Shown: piece after piece, positions 46,677-56,871 of the stretch
Layout: every line of letters begins with the position of its first letter
Position numbering within the stretch: position 1 is the stretch's first letter
Source: Actinomycetota bacterium
GTDB taxonomy: Bacteria; Actinomycetota; Actinomycetes; S36-B12; UBA5976
Assembly: GCA_947452765.1 (NCBI GenBank)
Contig: CANGDR010000004.1
Span: 1,225 to 65,224, forward strand
Reading direction: 5' to 3'
DNA: 64,000 bases
The notes under the pieces: generated by a model
Told to the model about the DNA's origin: nothing
Database searches by the model: none
Seen by the model: the letters and a program-made list of their open reading frames with translations, nothing else
Translations under genes and position numbers: made by a program

Positions 46677-48361
46677 GCAATTTAGAAACCTCCATTGCAA
46701 CTACTGGACATGAGGCACCTGCAACTAAAGGTGGCTCAGTTGCTGGTTACATTGATGATCGCCTAGCGTCATCAAACTTCACCAAGCGCCTTTTAGATAA
46801 GGTCTTTCCGGACCACTGGTCATTCATGCTTGGTGAGATTGCGCTATACAGTTTTATCATTTTGCTGCTTTCAGGTACCTACCTAACGCTTTGGTTCAAC
46901 CCATCGATGACCGAAGTTATTTACAACGGGTCGTATACGCCACTTAAGGGCATCAAGATGTCTGAGGCTTATTCTTCAACCTTGCACATCTCATTTGATG
47001 TTCGTGGCGGGTTGCTGATGCGCCAGATTCACCACTGGGCCGCCTTATTCTTTGTAGCAGCCGTATCGGTTCACCTGCTGCGAGTATTTTTTACAGGTGC
47101 GTTCCGCAAACCTCGTGAGATTAACTGGGTAATTGGAACTCTCCTACTAGTCCTTGCAATTCTCGAAGGTTTCGCAGGTTACTCGCTTCCGGATGATTTG
47201 CTTTCTGGTACTGGACTTCGAATTGCCGAAGGCATTGTGCAAGCGATCCCGCTTCTAGGCACTTACGTTGCCATGTTCCTATTTGGTGGCGAGTTCCCTG
47301 GAACTGACTTCATTCCACGCCTTTACTCAATTCATATCCTGCTCATTCCAGGAATTTTGCTCGGCTTAGTAACAGTCCACTTGATAATGGTGTTCTACCA
47401 AAAGCACACGCAATTCCCTGGACCAGGTCGCACTGAGAGCAACGTAGTTGGTTTCCGCTTATTCCCGATCTACATGGCAAAAGCAGGCGGCTTCTTCTTC
47501 GTGGTCTTTGGTATTACAACTTTGATTGCTGCTTTGGTAACTATCAACCCAGTTTGGCTATACGGGCCCTATACACCTTCACAGGTAACGGCTGGCTCAC
47601 AGCCTGACTGGTACATCGGATGGCTCGATGGCGCAGTCCGATTGACTCCTAACTGGGAAACAAATATTTTGGGACACACCATCAGTTGGAACTTGCTTAT
47701 CCCCGCGTTGGTAATTCCAGGCATTATGTTTACCGCACTTGGCCTTTACCCGTGGATCGAAGCTTGGGCTACTGGCGATAAGCGCGAGCATCACTTACTA
47801 GATCGGCCAAGAAATGTTCCTACGCGAACTGGTCTGGGCGTAATGTCATTGGTGTTCTACATGATTTTGGTTATTTCCGGTGGTAACGACATAATTGCCG
47901 TTGCTTTCAATTTGTCGATTAATCAGATCACTTGGACGCTACGAATCCTCCTATTCGTGTTACCTCCGCTTTCCTTCGTATTGACCAAGCGTGCCTGTCT
48001 TGGATTGCAACGTCGAGATAACGACAAGTTGTTACACGGATACGAAACGGGCCAGATCCTGCGTCTACCGAGTGGTGAGTTCCTAGAAATCCATGAACCA
48101 ATTACTGATGCCGAGAAGGCAGTAATTCTTGCTAAGCAAGACTTTGCTCCCTTGGCATTGGAATCTGGTGAGGACGCAAATGGCGTTCGCAATCCGAAAG
48201 CCGCCAAATCAGCAGCCCGCGCTCGCCTTTCTGCCTGGTTCTATAGCGACACAATTCCAGTCCCAACTGATGAGGAATTACAGCACGCAGCCGAGCATGC
48301 AGCACATGAATTACATGAGGCACAGGCTCAAGCCAAACAGATAGAAGGCAGCAGCCACTAA
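46673..48361 (+). CDS. qcrB: cytochrome bc1 complex cytochrome b subunit
   Basis: 562 aa. HHWAALFFVAAVSVHLLRVFFTGAFRKPRE and a second His pair. Long actinobacterial C-terminal extension. Confidence 0.95.
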   Translation: MSNLETSIATTGHEAPATKGGSVAGYIDDRLASSNFTKRLLDKVFPDHWSFMLGEIALYSFIILLLSGTYLTLWFNPSMTEVIYNGSYTPLKGIKMSEAYSSTLHISFDVRGGLLMRQIHHWAALFFVAAVSVHLLRVFFTGAFRKPREINWVIGTLLLVLAILEGFAGYSLPDDLLSGTGLRIAEGIVQAIPLLGTYVAMFLFGGEFPGTDFIPRLYSIHILLIPGILLGLVTVHLIMVFYQKHTQFPGPGRTESNVVGFRLFPIYMAKAGGFFFVVFGITTLIAALVTINPVWLYGPYTPSQVTAGSQPDWYIGWLDGAVRLTPNWETNILGHTISWNLLIPALVIPGIMFTALGLYPWIEAWATGDKREHHLLDRPRNVPTRTGLGVMSLVFYMILVISGGNDIIAVAFNLSINQITWTLRILLFVLPPLSFVLTKRACLGLQRRDNDKLLHGYETGQILRLPSGEFLEIHEPITDAEKAVILAKQDFAPLALESGEDANGVRNPKAAKSAARARLSAWFYSDTIPVPTDEELQHAAEHAAHELHEAQAQAKQIEGSSH

Positions 48362-48373
48362 GTTGTAAGAAAG

Positions 48374-48412
48374 GTACCCGGTCCAGTTAATTCTGAGCCG
48401 GGTGCTTTTTTG
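48374..48412 (+). terminator. intrinsic terminator after qcrB, shared with convergent gatD
   Basis: A 9-bp stem (GTACCCGGT / GCCGGGTGC, including two G-U pairs), 14-nt loop, followed by TTTTTT at 48407-48412. Confidence 0.7.
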
Positions 48413-48450
48413 TTGCCTTTAGATCTTGCTGCGTTTGCAACGAAGAAAGT

Positions 48451-49158
48451 CTAAGAGTGAGGCCACAAGGTTTTGCGTCGCTCACTGGCCAAGGCATCAG
48501 CATATGGATCATGAAACTCAACCAAGTCCCCTACTGCACTGGCCAGCAACACGTCAGCTAACTCTGGGTTGCGAACGAGCGCCGGACCATGCATGTAGGT
48601 GCCAATTATATTGCCATGCCAAACACCTTCGGCCCCAGCAAATCCGTTGCCGATTCCACGTTTAACCATCCCGAGTGGTTGCATCTCCGGACCAAGTTCA
48701 GTTAGTCCCTGATGGTTTTCAAATCCGGTAAGTAATGGGAGATGCGATCGAGTCGGCTGACAGACCAATTCCCCAACGCTTCGAGGTGCACTGGTGTAAA
48801 CCGTGTGAACGTCAACGATTCCAAGTCCCGAGATTGTTTCGCCATCGGCACCTGGAAGTGACGAACCGATTAGCTGAAAGCCCGCACAAACTGTAAAGAG
48901 CGCCGCGCCTGAAGTAACCGCCGAATTCAATCCACCGTCAGCGCGAAGTAGTTCCAGTGCAGCAGTCTGCGGGCCATCTTCACCACCGCCTAGTAAATAT
49001 ATATCTCCTGAAGTAGGTACGGTCATTCCAGGAGTTACTTCAACTAGCTCGACAGGGATTTCCCGAGCCTTGGCGCGATGTACTAGAACTTCAGCATTAC
49101 CTTGATCTCCGTAGGTTCCCAAAAGATCGTGGTAAAGACGCACAATGGTCAAGGTCAT
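48451..49158 (-). CDS. gatD: lipid II isoglutaminyl synthase, glutaminase subunit (CobB/CobQ-like GATase)
   Basis: 235 aa. Nucleophile Cys in FTVCAGFQL and a His in TYMHGP. 4-nt overlap with murT upstream. Confidence 0.8.
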   Translation of the reverse strand: MTLTIVRLYHDLLGTYGDQGNAEVLVHRAKAREIPVELVEVTPGMTVPTSGDIYLLGGGEDGPQTAALELLRADGGLNSAVTSGAALFTVCAGFQLIGSSLPGADGETISGLGIVDVHTVYTSAPRSVGELVCQPTRSHLPLLTGFENHQGLTELGPEMQPLGMVKRGIGNGFAGAEGVWHGNIIGTYMHGPALVRNPELADVLLASAVGDLVEFHDPYADALASERRKTLWPHS

Positions 49159-50351
49159 GGCCGACCACCTTGCCTTGCATGAATTCCCAACTGTGCGGCA
49201 GCGAGTTCTTGGAACGCGGTGTAACTTGCTATTCCTTCAACCGGACCACTTCCCGCCTGAGCAATTGCTGCTTCGAATGTCTCGGTAGTTGCTACCTCAA
49301 CTACTCCTTGCACTTTTACCCGGTAAGCCACATCAAGTCGTCTATCCCCCGTGCAAATGACTTTCTTGCCGATAAGTGCCGAGTAATCGATATCCCAAAG
49401 CCAAGACGTATCTCTCCCATCAATACCCCTAGCATTTACCGACAAAATGACACATTTAGCTTCAACCTGAGCCAACGCCTCGCGCCAACTCTCTGGATTT
49501 TTTGCTAACCGGGTAGCGATGGAGTGACCGCCGATTTCAAAGTTTGAGATCCGATCTGGGGCATTCTCGGTTAGTTCAGTTGCTAATTCAATCGGCACTA
49601 TAGCGCCCATTAGGCGGGCTGCTTCAATTGCAAGTACGGCGTTTCGTGCCGGTCCGCGTAACCTTTGATCACCACGCACTTGAGCTAGTTGTGACCCCAG
49701 ACCGCAGGAGCAGAGGTAATCGCCGCTACCCCAATCCAAGAGTTTTAAACAGTTCGGACATGTAGCTGCATCTGGGTGGCGCCGACCACCAAAACTTACG
49801 CGCAAAACATGACCTGCGCTTCCAGCCGCGAACTCTAAAAACGGATCGTCTCGATCGATGACTAATGTGACATCATCAGTTACGAAAGTGTCGCGCCAGA
49901 GGTTGGCAACTTTGCGAACCTCACCCGTTCGATGGAGCTGGTCTCGAGAAAGATTCAACAGAACGATTACTTTTGGTTGCAGGTCTTGCGCCATTGAAGG
50001 TAAGTAGAGCTCGTCACATTCAAGGACAACTAACCTATTTCGTGGGCCTTGCGCTAATGCAGTTGCAATTCCAGCACTCATATTGGCGCCATATTTACTA
50101 GTACTCACTAGTTCGCCCGTAGCAGCTTCTAACATCCGAACTAGGTACGCCGTTGTTGTGGTTTTGCCGTTAGTTCCGCTAACCAGAACCAGCTCTCGAC
50201 CTTTTGAAAGTTTAATTAAGGCCCTTGGGTCTATGGCAAGAATAGTTCTGCCTCGAAGAGTTTCGCCTCGACCTCGACCAGAGATGCGCGATACCCAGCC
50301 AGCAAAATTGCCAACTAGGCAGGCGAACGACAGGCGCATGGATCCGGTCAC
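49155..50351 (-). CDS. murT: lipid II isoglutaminyl synthase, Mur-ligase-like subunit
   Basis: 398 aa. P-loop VSGTNGKTTT and a Cys4 ribbon, CPNC...CSCG, characteristic of MurT. Confidence 0.82.
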   Translation of the reverse strand: MTGSMRLSFACLVGNFAGWVSRISGRGRGETLRGRTILAIDPRALIKLSKGRELVLVSGTNGKTTTTAYLVRMLEAATGELVSTSKYGANMSAGIATALAQGPRNRLVVLECDELYLPSMAQDLQPKVIVLLNLSRDQLHRTGEVRKVANLWRDTFVTDDVTLVIDRDDPFLEFAAGSAGHVLRVSFGGRRHPDAATCPNCLKLLDWGSGDYLCSCGLGSQLAQVRGDQRLRGPARNAVLAIEAARLMGAIVPIELATELTENAPDRISNFEIGGHSIATRLAKNPESWREALAQVEAKCVILSVNARGIDGRDTSWLWDIDYSALIGKKVICTGDRRLDVAYRVKVQGVVEVATTETFEAAIAQAGSGPVEGIASYTAFQELAAAQLGIHARQGGRP

Positions 50352-50369
50352 GTCAGGCGCCCGAACTAC

Positions 50370-50765
50370 TTACTTAACGAATTCGCCGCGATAGTACTCA
50401 AAGACAAATCCGTAGACGGCCATCATGAGTGTGAATAGCCCAAAAACCATCATCCATCGTGCGAATACAAATCCCAGAATAAAAATGAAGGTTGCCAATC
50501 CAATTCCTAATGGCATCCACGAATGTGGCGAAAAGAAACCATAATCAGAATCCACATCACTAATCAATGCCATCTCATTATCTTCGGGTAGTGGTCCAAC
50601 GCGTCTTGACGTAAATAAGGTGTAAAACGCTATCAAGAACGCCAAACCACCAGTGAGCGCCAGCGCCGTTGTTCCGACAACATCACCACTCATAACCCAA
50701 TACACCGATGCCAAGAACAGATAAAGCGCCGTTCCCAACGCAAACATTTTGCCGCCAACAATCAT
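50370..50765 (-). CDS. ctaF: cytochrome c oxidase subunit IV (actinobacterial CtaF)
   Basis: 131 aa with four hydrophobic helices. ATGA overlap with ctaD. Positional and size match to Rv2199c. Confidence 0.8.
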   Translation of the reverse strand: MIVGGKMFALGTALYLFLASVYWVMSGDVVGTTALALTGGLAFLIAFYTLFTSRRVGPLPEDNEMALISDVDSDYGFFSPHSWMPLGIGLATFIFILGFVFARWMMVFGLFTLMMAVYGFVFEYYRGEFVK

Positions 50766-52486
50766 GCGCCTGCACCTTTCGAATCTGAGCCAGAAGTTAC
50801 CGATTCAAATACGTCACTTCGTGCACCATGATCTAGGCCTGCAACTTCAGGGTGATGCAAATCAAATGCTGGACGCTCACTTCGAATCCGTGGAATCTCG
50901 ATGAAGTTGTGGCGTGGCGGTGGGCAAGATGTTGCCCACTCCAATGAGGCACCCCATCCCCATGGATCATCACTGGTAACAAGTGGGGCGTATTTGTGAG
51001 TCTTGTAAACATTCCAAAAGAATACAAACGATGAAGCACCCAATATGAATGAACCGATTGTGGAAATAATGTTATAGGTTGTGAAGCCGTCACTAGCCAG
51101 ATAGTCGGCGTAACGACGTGGCATACCTTCAACGCCTAGCCAGTGCTGGATTAGGAATGTGGTGTGGAATCCGATGAAAACTAACCAGAAGTGCAGCTTT
51201 CCAAGTCGTTCGTCCAGCATCTTTCCAGTGAACTTAGGCCACCAGAAATAGAAGCCGCCAAACATCGCAAACACAACAGTTCCAAAAAGTACGTAGTGGA
51301 AGTGCGCAACCACGAAATAGGTATCGCTGACGTGGAAATCAAGTGGTGGGGCTGCCAAGATAACACCAGTTAGGCCGCCGAATAGGAATGTTGCTAGGAA
51401 GCCAATCGACCACAACATCGGAGTCTCGAAACTAACTGAGCCACCCCACATAGTTCCAATCCAGTTGAAGAATTTCACTCCGGTTGGGACCGCAATCAAC
51501 ATAGTCATGAACGAGAAGAATGGTAAGTTTACGGCGCCAGTTACATACATGTGGTGTGCCCAGACAGATACTGACAATCCAGCAATTGCGATAGTTGCAA
51601 AAACTAAACCTTTGTAACCAAAGATCGGTTTCCGACTAAATACTGGAAGGATCTCGCTGACAATTCCGAAGAACGGCAATGCCAAAATGTACACTTCCGG
51701 ATGTCCAAAGAACCAAAACAAGTGTTGCCAGAGGATGGCGCCACCATTAGCCGCATCGTAAACCTGCGCCCCAAATTTTCGGTCGGCTTCGAGCATCAAC
51801 ATAGCCGCAGCAAGAACTGGGAATGCCATCAAAACAAGCACACTTGTTAGCAGAATGTTCCAAGTGAAAATCGGCATTCGGAACATTGTCATACCAGGCG
51901 CACGCATAGTAAGGATTGTGGTGATGAAGTTGACTGCGCCTAAAATACTGGCCATTCCGGACATCACGAGGCCAAGAATCCATAGGTCAGACCCTACGTT
52001 TGGTGAATTAATTACATTCGAAAGTGGTGCATAGGCAAACCAACCAAAACCAGCTGCGCCACCCGGAGTCAAGAATCCAAGCATTACGGTTATGCCGCCG
52101 AATAAGTAAAGCCAGTAGCTAACCATGTTCAATCGTGGGAACGACACATCAGGTGAGCCAATCTGCAATGGCATGATCGCGTTTGCAAATCCAGCAAATA
52201 GTGCGGTGGCAAACAGGAACAACATCAGCGTGCCGTGCATCGTGAATAACTGGTTGTACTGTTCGTTGCTTACGAACTGAAGACCTGGAACTGCAAGTTC
52301 TGCACGCATAATTAGCGCCATGAACCCAGCGATAATGAAAAATGAAAATGAAGTAATCATGTAGAGGTTGCCAATGACCTTGTGGTCAGTAGAGGTAATC
52401 CACTTAACGAACATGCGTCCTTTTTTGGCAGGTGGCTTCATAACGGGAACCTGGGTTTCCAGTATCGGCTTATCTAAAATCGCCAT
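50762..52486 (-). CDS. ctaD: cytochrome c oxidase subunit I
   Basis: 574 aa with [17 protein letters not shown] and HFHYV blocks. Confidence 0.97.
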   Translation of the reverse strand: MAILDKPILETQVPVMKPPAKKGRMFVKWITSTDHKVIGNLYMITSFSFFIIAGFMALIMRAELAVPGLQFVSNEQYNQLFTMHGTLMLFLFATALFAGFANAIMPLQIGSPDVSFPRLNMVSYWLYLFGGITVMLGFLTPGGAAGFGWFAYAPLSNVINSPNVGSDLWILGLVMSGMASILGAVNFITTILTMRAPGMTMFRMPIFTWNILLTSVLVLMAFPVLAAAMLMLEADRKFGAQVYDAANGGAILWQHLFWFFGHPEVYILALPFFGIVSEILPVFSRKPIFGYKGLVFATIAIAGLSVSVWAHHMYVTGAVNLPFFSFMTMLIAVPTGVKFFNWIGTMWGGSVSFETPMLWSIGFLATFLFGGLTGVILAAPPLDFHVSDTYFVVAHFHYVLFGTVVFAMFGGFYFWWPKFTGKMLDERLGKLHFWLVFIGFHTTFLIQHWLGVEGMPRRYADYLASDGFTTYNIISTIGSFILGASSFVFFWNVYKTHKYAPLVTSDDPWGWGASLEWATSCPPPRHNFIEIPRIRSERPAFDLHHPEVAGLDHGARSDVFESVTSGSDSKGAGA

Positions 52487-52489
52487 AAT

Positions 52490-53284
52490 CTACTCTCCTG
52501 CTATTTTCGATCGACCATTATCAAGTTTTCCTACTTGACCACGTGCCTTTAGATCTTGCATGTGTGCATCATATTCCGCGCGACTAACAACCTTTACGTT
52601 AAAAAGCATTCGCGAGTGGTCTGTCCCACAAAATTCAGTGCACTTTCCAGCGAACGTACCTTCCTTGTTGGGGGTAACTGCGAATTGATTATGACGTCCT
52701 GGCACTACATCCATTTTCATTAGGAATGCAGGGACCCAAAATCCATGAATTACATCCGGTGATGTCAGTTCAAATTTAACTTTTTCATCAACTGGCAACC
52801 AAAGAGTTGGCCGCTCCCCTGGCGTACCTACGTCGTACACGCCTTCTTCTTCGTAGTTGAATGCCCAGGACCAGCGCCATCCGACAACATTTACGCTGTG
52901 CTTGGTTCCCGCAACACTTGTTAAAACTGTTTGATCTCGTTGCACAAAGTAAAACAAAGCCATGACCATCATTAACGGAACAATTGTGTAAAGGATTTCA
53001 ATTGGCACGTTGTACTTAACTTGCGCGGGTAGCCCGTCGCCTTCTTTTCGCCGATACGCAACGATCGCCCAAATCAACAGGCCCCAGACGAAAAATCCAA
53101 CGATCCAAGCCGCAACCCACGAACCAGTCCAAAGAGAGAGAATTCGCGGTGCCTCTACGGTTGCTGGATCCGGCATTCCCATGCGCGTGAAGCTGTTGTC
53201 TGAAGAGCAGCCAGCCAGTAAAAATGTTCCAGCGAAAGCAGTTAAAACAATTTTTAACCGAAAGCGTCGCACTACAGATTTCAC
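52490..53284 (-). CDS. ctaC: cytochrome c oxidase subunit II
   Basis: 264 aa. Lipobox LLAGCSS and CuA site CTEFCGTDHSRM. Confidence 0.95.
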   Translation of the reverse strand: MKSVVRRFRLKIVLTAFAGTFLLAGCSSDNSFTRMGMPDPATVEAPRILSLWTGSWVAAWIVGFFVWGLLIWAIVAYRRKEGDGLPAQVKYNVPIEILYTIVPLMMVMALFYFVQRDQTVLTSVAGTKHSVNVVGWRWSWAFNYEEEGVYDVGTPGERPTLWLPVDEKVKFELTSPDVIHGFWVPAFLMKMDVVPGRHNQFAVTPNKEGTFAGKCTEFCGTDHSRMLFNVKVVSRAEYDAHMQDLKARGQVGKLDNGRSKIAGE

Positions 53285-53419
53285 GTGAGAGATGTCCTTA
53301 ATTTTTTAGGTCCAAAACAGCGTTTTTGTCTTACCAATAAACACTTTTCTTATTAGGAACTCTACCTCAATGGCTAAGTAAAACTTGGCTTGGCCTGGGC
53401 TTAGGGACGCAAATCACAA

Positions 53420-54175
53420 TTAGGATTTGGCTTGGAAATGCTGGCCCAATGCGGCAGGCTTTGAGATTAGTTCTGGAAGTAGCGAGAGATATTCACGGCG
53501 CAAAATCGTTGAAACACCAAGGGTTTCGAGGTGTTCGGTGGCCCATTGGCTGTCAATCACTCGACCGGTGCCATCGTTAAGCCGCCCTGCTAGGTGCACC
53601 AAAGCTGCTTTCGACGCATCCCGCTGCACATGAAACATGGACTCTCCTGCAAATAATCCACCAAGTTCTAGACCGTACAACCCGCCAGCTAGATCACCTG
53701 ATTGGTCCCACACCTCAACTGAATGGGCTAATCCAAGTTCATGTAATTGGCCATATGCTGCTTTTACGGATTCATTGATCCAGCCTTGCGCCCTACTTGG
53801 GTCACCACACGCCGCGACTACATCAGAAAAGCAAACATCAATCGAGAATGTGAATTCTCGCATCGAACGCTTTAATGACTGGCTGATTCGAATTTGATCC
53901 GGATGGAAAATTGCTCTTGGTTGTGGCGACCACCATCCAATTGCTACTTCATCGCCATCGATTTCGTATGGCATCGGAAATAGTCCACGTGAATATGCTG
54001 CAATCAGGACTTTTGGATCCCAGGTACTACCGAAAACTGTTGCTTTTGGCCATTCAATATCTGGATTGATTTGTAATTGCGAGCCATCCAATGAATGGGC
54101 GCTGATGGCCAAAAAATCAACATCATCAGGAGCATGATTCGGATCCGGAAAATCTATTGCAAATTTTTCGGACAT
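53420..54175 (-). CDS. aat: leucyl/phenylalanyl-tRNA--protein transferase
   Basis: 251 aa. RGLFPMP...WWSPQPRAIF and AHSVEVW....LAGGLYG...G.LFAGESMF are colinear with E. coli Aat. Confidence 0.88.
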   Translation of the reverse strand: MSEKFAIDFPDPNHAPDDVDFLAISAHSLDGSQLQINPDIEWPKATVFGSTWDPKVLIAAYSRGLFPMPYEIDGDEVAIGWWSPQPRAIFHPDQIRISQSLKRSMREFTFSIDVCFSDVVAACGDPSRAQGWINESVKAAYGQLHELGLAHSVEVWDQSGDLAGGLYGLELGGLFAGESMFHVQRDASKAALVHLAGRLNDGTGRVIDSQWATEHLETLGVSTILRREYLSLLPELISKPAALGQHFQAKS

Positions 54176-55158
54176 CAGATCTGCTTGGAAAGATGCTCCC
54201 GCACATCGGCTGCGCAGTCTTTGCCATAGGCCGATTCAAGCCTTGCGAGGAATTCAACTTGGTCTAAATCAAACTCTTGGGTCCCAATAGTCTCGATCAC
54301 ATAAGTTGCCAGTAACGATCCAACTTGCGCGCAACGCTCAAGCGTAAGTCCCCAACCTAATCCAGTTAAGAAACCTGCTCGAAATGCGTCGCCGACACCA
54401 GTTGGGTCCTTTATGACCTTTTCCTGTGCGACTGGCACAGAAATGTCGATGCCAGTATTTGATGTAATCCGAGCACCGTTCTTTCCCATTGTTGTAACGC
54501 GTACCCCAACGTGGTCAAGCACTTCATCGGCAGACCATCCGGTGCGCTGTTCAATTAAGGTCGCCTCGTATTCGTTATTAAAGAGGTACGTAGCTCCGTC
54601 AATCACGTCAACGGTCTGAGGTCCATCGAGTCGTGGGAGTTGTTGAGACGGATCAGCCACAAATGGAATTCCTAAATCTTTGCAAATTTTTGTGTGTTTC
54701 AGCATCGCAGCAGGATCGTCAGCGCCAATCAAAACAAGTCCAAGTCCGCCAACTTTTTCACCTACTTCAGCCAAATTGAGTTCAATCGACTCTGACATCG
54801 CTCCTGGATAAAAGGATGCGATCTGGTTCTGCTCTTGGTCGGTGGTGCACATAAATCTTGCAGTGTGCTGGGTGGTCGATACATGTACATGCCCACAGTC
54901 CACGCCGTGAGCTTCGAGCCAGCCTTGATACTCTGCGAAATCTGGGCCCACCGCAGCTACTAATAACGGTCGCTCGCCAAGTACGCCCATCCCAAAGCAG
55001 ATGTTGGCTGCTACTCCACCACGCCTAATTTGCAAATCATCTACGAGGAAAGAAAGTGACACATTGTGGAGTTGGTCAGCCATCAACGAATCATTGAACA
55101 AGCCCGGGAATGTCATAAGGTGGTCAGTTGCAACTGAGCCGGTGATAGCAATACGCAC
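54175..55158 (-). CDS. adoK: PfkB-family adenosine kinase
   Basis: VRIAITGSVATDHLMTFPG...DPTGVGDAFRAGF is colinear with M. tuberculosis AdoK (Rv2202c). I place the start at GTG 55158 because the TTG-extended ORF (to 55227) runs through the erpA terminator. Confidence 0.85.
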   Translation of the reverse strand: MRIAITGSVATDHLMTFPGLFNDSLMADQLHNVSLSFLVDDLQIRRGGVAANICFGMGVLGERPLLVAAVGPDFAEYQGWLEAHGVDCGHVHVSTTQHTARFMCTTDQEQNQIASFYPGAMSESIELNLAEVGEKVGGLGLVLIGADDPAAMLKHTKICKDLGIPFVADPSQQLPRLDGPQTVDVIDGATYLFNNEYEATLIEQRTGWSADEVLDHVGVRVTTMGKNGARITSNTGIDISVPVAQEKVIKDPTGVGDAFRAGFLTGLGWGLTLERCAQVGSLLATYVIETIGTQEFDLDQVEFLARLESAYGKDCAADVREHLSKQI

Positions 55159-55204
55159 AATTGATGAGCCTACGACAAATTCCTGTGTTCGGTAGCACTG
55201 GATA

Positions 55205-55240
55205 GAAAAAATACGCCTGCTACCCAAAGGCAGCAGGCGT
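55205..55240 (-). terminator. intrinsic terminator after erpA
   Basis: On the minus strand: perfect 9-bp stem ACGCCTGCT / AGCAGGCGT, 10-nt loop, then A-TTTTTT. It begins 16 nt after the erpA stop. Confidence 0.8.
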
Positions 55241-55255
55241 ATTAAGAATACTTAT

Positions 55256-55603
55256 TTAGTGGAAAGAGTCGCCACAGGCGCACGATCCCGATGCATTCGG
55301 ATTATCAATAGTGAATCCTTGCTTTTCGATAGTGTCCACAAAGTCAATAACCGCTCCGCCTAAGTACGGCACGCTCATGCGATCTACTACAACGCCGACG
55401 CCATTAATTTCCTGGCGCACATCGCCATCAAGACTGCGGTCGTCGAAGAATAATTGGTAGCGAAGTCCCGAACAGCCACCTGGCTGAACTGCGATTCGCA
55501 AGTTCAAGTCATCACGACCTTCTTGGTCTAAAAGTGACTTAACTTTGCTCGCAGCTGTTTCAGTAATTACTACGCTTGATTCGGTAGCTACTTCAGTCGT
55601 CAT
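55256..55603 (-). CDS. erpA: HesB/IscA-type iron-sulfur cluster insertion protein
   Basis: 115 aa. GGCSGLRY block and C-terminal SCACGDSFH. Syntenic with Rv2204c. Confidence 0.9.
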   Translation of the reverse strand: MTTEVATESSVVITETAASKVKSLLDQEGRDDLNLRIAVQPGGCSGLRYQLFFDDRSLDGDVRQEINGVGVVVDRMSVPYLGGAVIDFVDTIEKQGFTIDNPNASGSCACGDSFH

Positions 55604-55681
55604 TTCGCTCCTAGTTTCAGTTGCTTTCGCACTGCTTACACCAACGTAACATGCGTCAACGTTATTCCAAGGCTACGCCAA

Positions 55682-55708
55682 GCCTCCCAAATGTGCCATT
55701 TAGGAGGC
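55682..55708 (-). terminator. hairpin directly after the glycerate kinase stop (weak terminator candidate)
   Basis: On the minus strand GCCTCCTAAAT-GGCAC-ATTTGGGAGGC forms an 11-bp stem with one G-U pair. Only TT follows, so termination efficiency is uncertain. Confidence 0.4.
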
Positions 55709-56820
55709 TATTTCCTACCCCAGGTCCTAGCAATCCGAGCAGCCACCTCAGTAGTCGCCGAGATTGGCTCCGCCAAAGATCGCTCACTACCGACTATTTC
55801 AGACATTGAGTATGCCGAGTCAATGCCAGCGGCAGCACACTCCCGCTTCCCTAGCCGAACTACTCCTGCAATAACTACGCACGGCTTACCTAGGGCTGCT
55901 GCGTGACTTGAAACGCCCGCTACAACTTTTCCATGAAGGCTTTGATCGTCCAGGCAGCCCTCTCCAGTTATAACTAGATCTGCCTGACTGATCGCAGCAT
56001 CGAGTTCGACTATTTCCATTACGGTTTCAATTCCAGCAACCCGCGTTGCGCCTAAAAGCAACAGTCCATAACCCAGTCCGCCAGCTGCACCAGCACCAAG
56101 CGCAACGGCAGGATCTTTGCCATCGGATCTGCGACCACACTTCAATGCAAAATTTTCTAATGCACCTTCAAGTTCCATGATGGCAAAATCGTCGGTTCCT
56201 TTTTGTGGACCAAACACGGCAGTCGCACCGCGTAATCCAAGCAACGGATTGTCTACATCACTAGCAACTATTAATTCAACGCCTTTGACTGCCTTTAGGG
56301 CTGAACCCAAATCAATTTTCTCAATTTGTTTGAGTTGCACCCCACCTTGATCTAATGCGCCACCATGTGCAGTTGCTCCTAAGGCTGACAGCATTCCAGC
56401 ACCACCGTCATTGGTCGCACTGCCACCCAAGCCAATTGTTATTTTTTTAGCGCCTAGCGAAATAGCACTATTGATGAGTTCGCCAACGCCGTAAGTGGAA
56501 GTTAACTTTGGATCGCGTTGTGCAGCATCGATTAGAGCCAAACCACAAGCTTGGGCCGACTCAATCCAAGCTTCGGAATCCCTTAACAAATAGACAGCAG
56601 GCGTTTGAACGCCTAACGGTCCGCGAACAATAATAGAAATAAGTTCCCCGCCGAGGATCTGGTGTAAGCCGGCAACAAATCCCGGCCCACCATCAGAAAG
56701 TGGAGCTATCACAACATCATCAGCTGGATGCTCGGTAAGCCAGCCCGCTCGAATTGCTTGGGCGCATTCAACTGCGGTCATTGTCCCGGTGAAACAGTCG
56801 GGACTCACCAATACACGCAC
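55708..56820 (-). CDS. glxK: glycerate kinase
   Basis: 370 aa. N-terminal DCFTGT (the usual DSFKGS type) and the GGSATNDGGAGM block. Syntenic with Rv2205c. Confidence 0.88.
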   Translation of the reverse strand: MRVLVSPDCFTGTMTAVECAQAIRAGWLTEHPADDVVIAPLSDGGPGFVAGLHQILGGELISIIVRGPLGVQTPAVYLLRDSEAWIESAQACGLALIDAAQRDPKLTSTYGVGELINSAISLGAKKITIGLGGSATNDGGAGMLSALGATAHGGALDQGGVQLKQIEKIDLGSALKAVKGVELIVASDVDNPLLGLRGATAVFGPQKGTDDFAIMELEGALENFALKCGRRSDGKDPAVALGAGAAGGLGYGLLLLGATRVAGIETVMEIVELDAAISQADLVITGEGCLDDQSLHGKVVAGVSSHAAALGKPCVVIAGVVRLGKRECAAAGIDSAYSMSEIVGSERSLAEPISATTEVAARIARTWGRK

Positions 56821-56871
56821 ACCTGCACGTTAGCATTAGGAAACATTAGATATACGGAAGAACTGAGTTTG

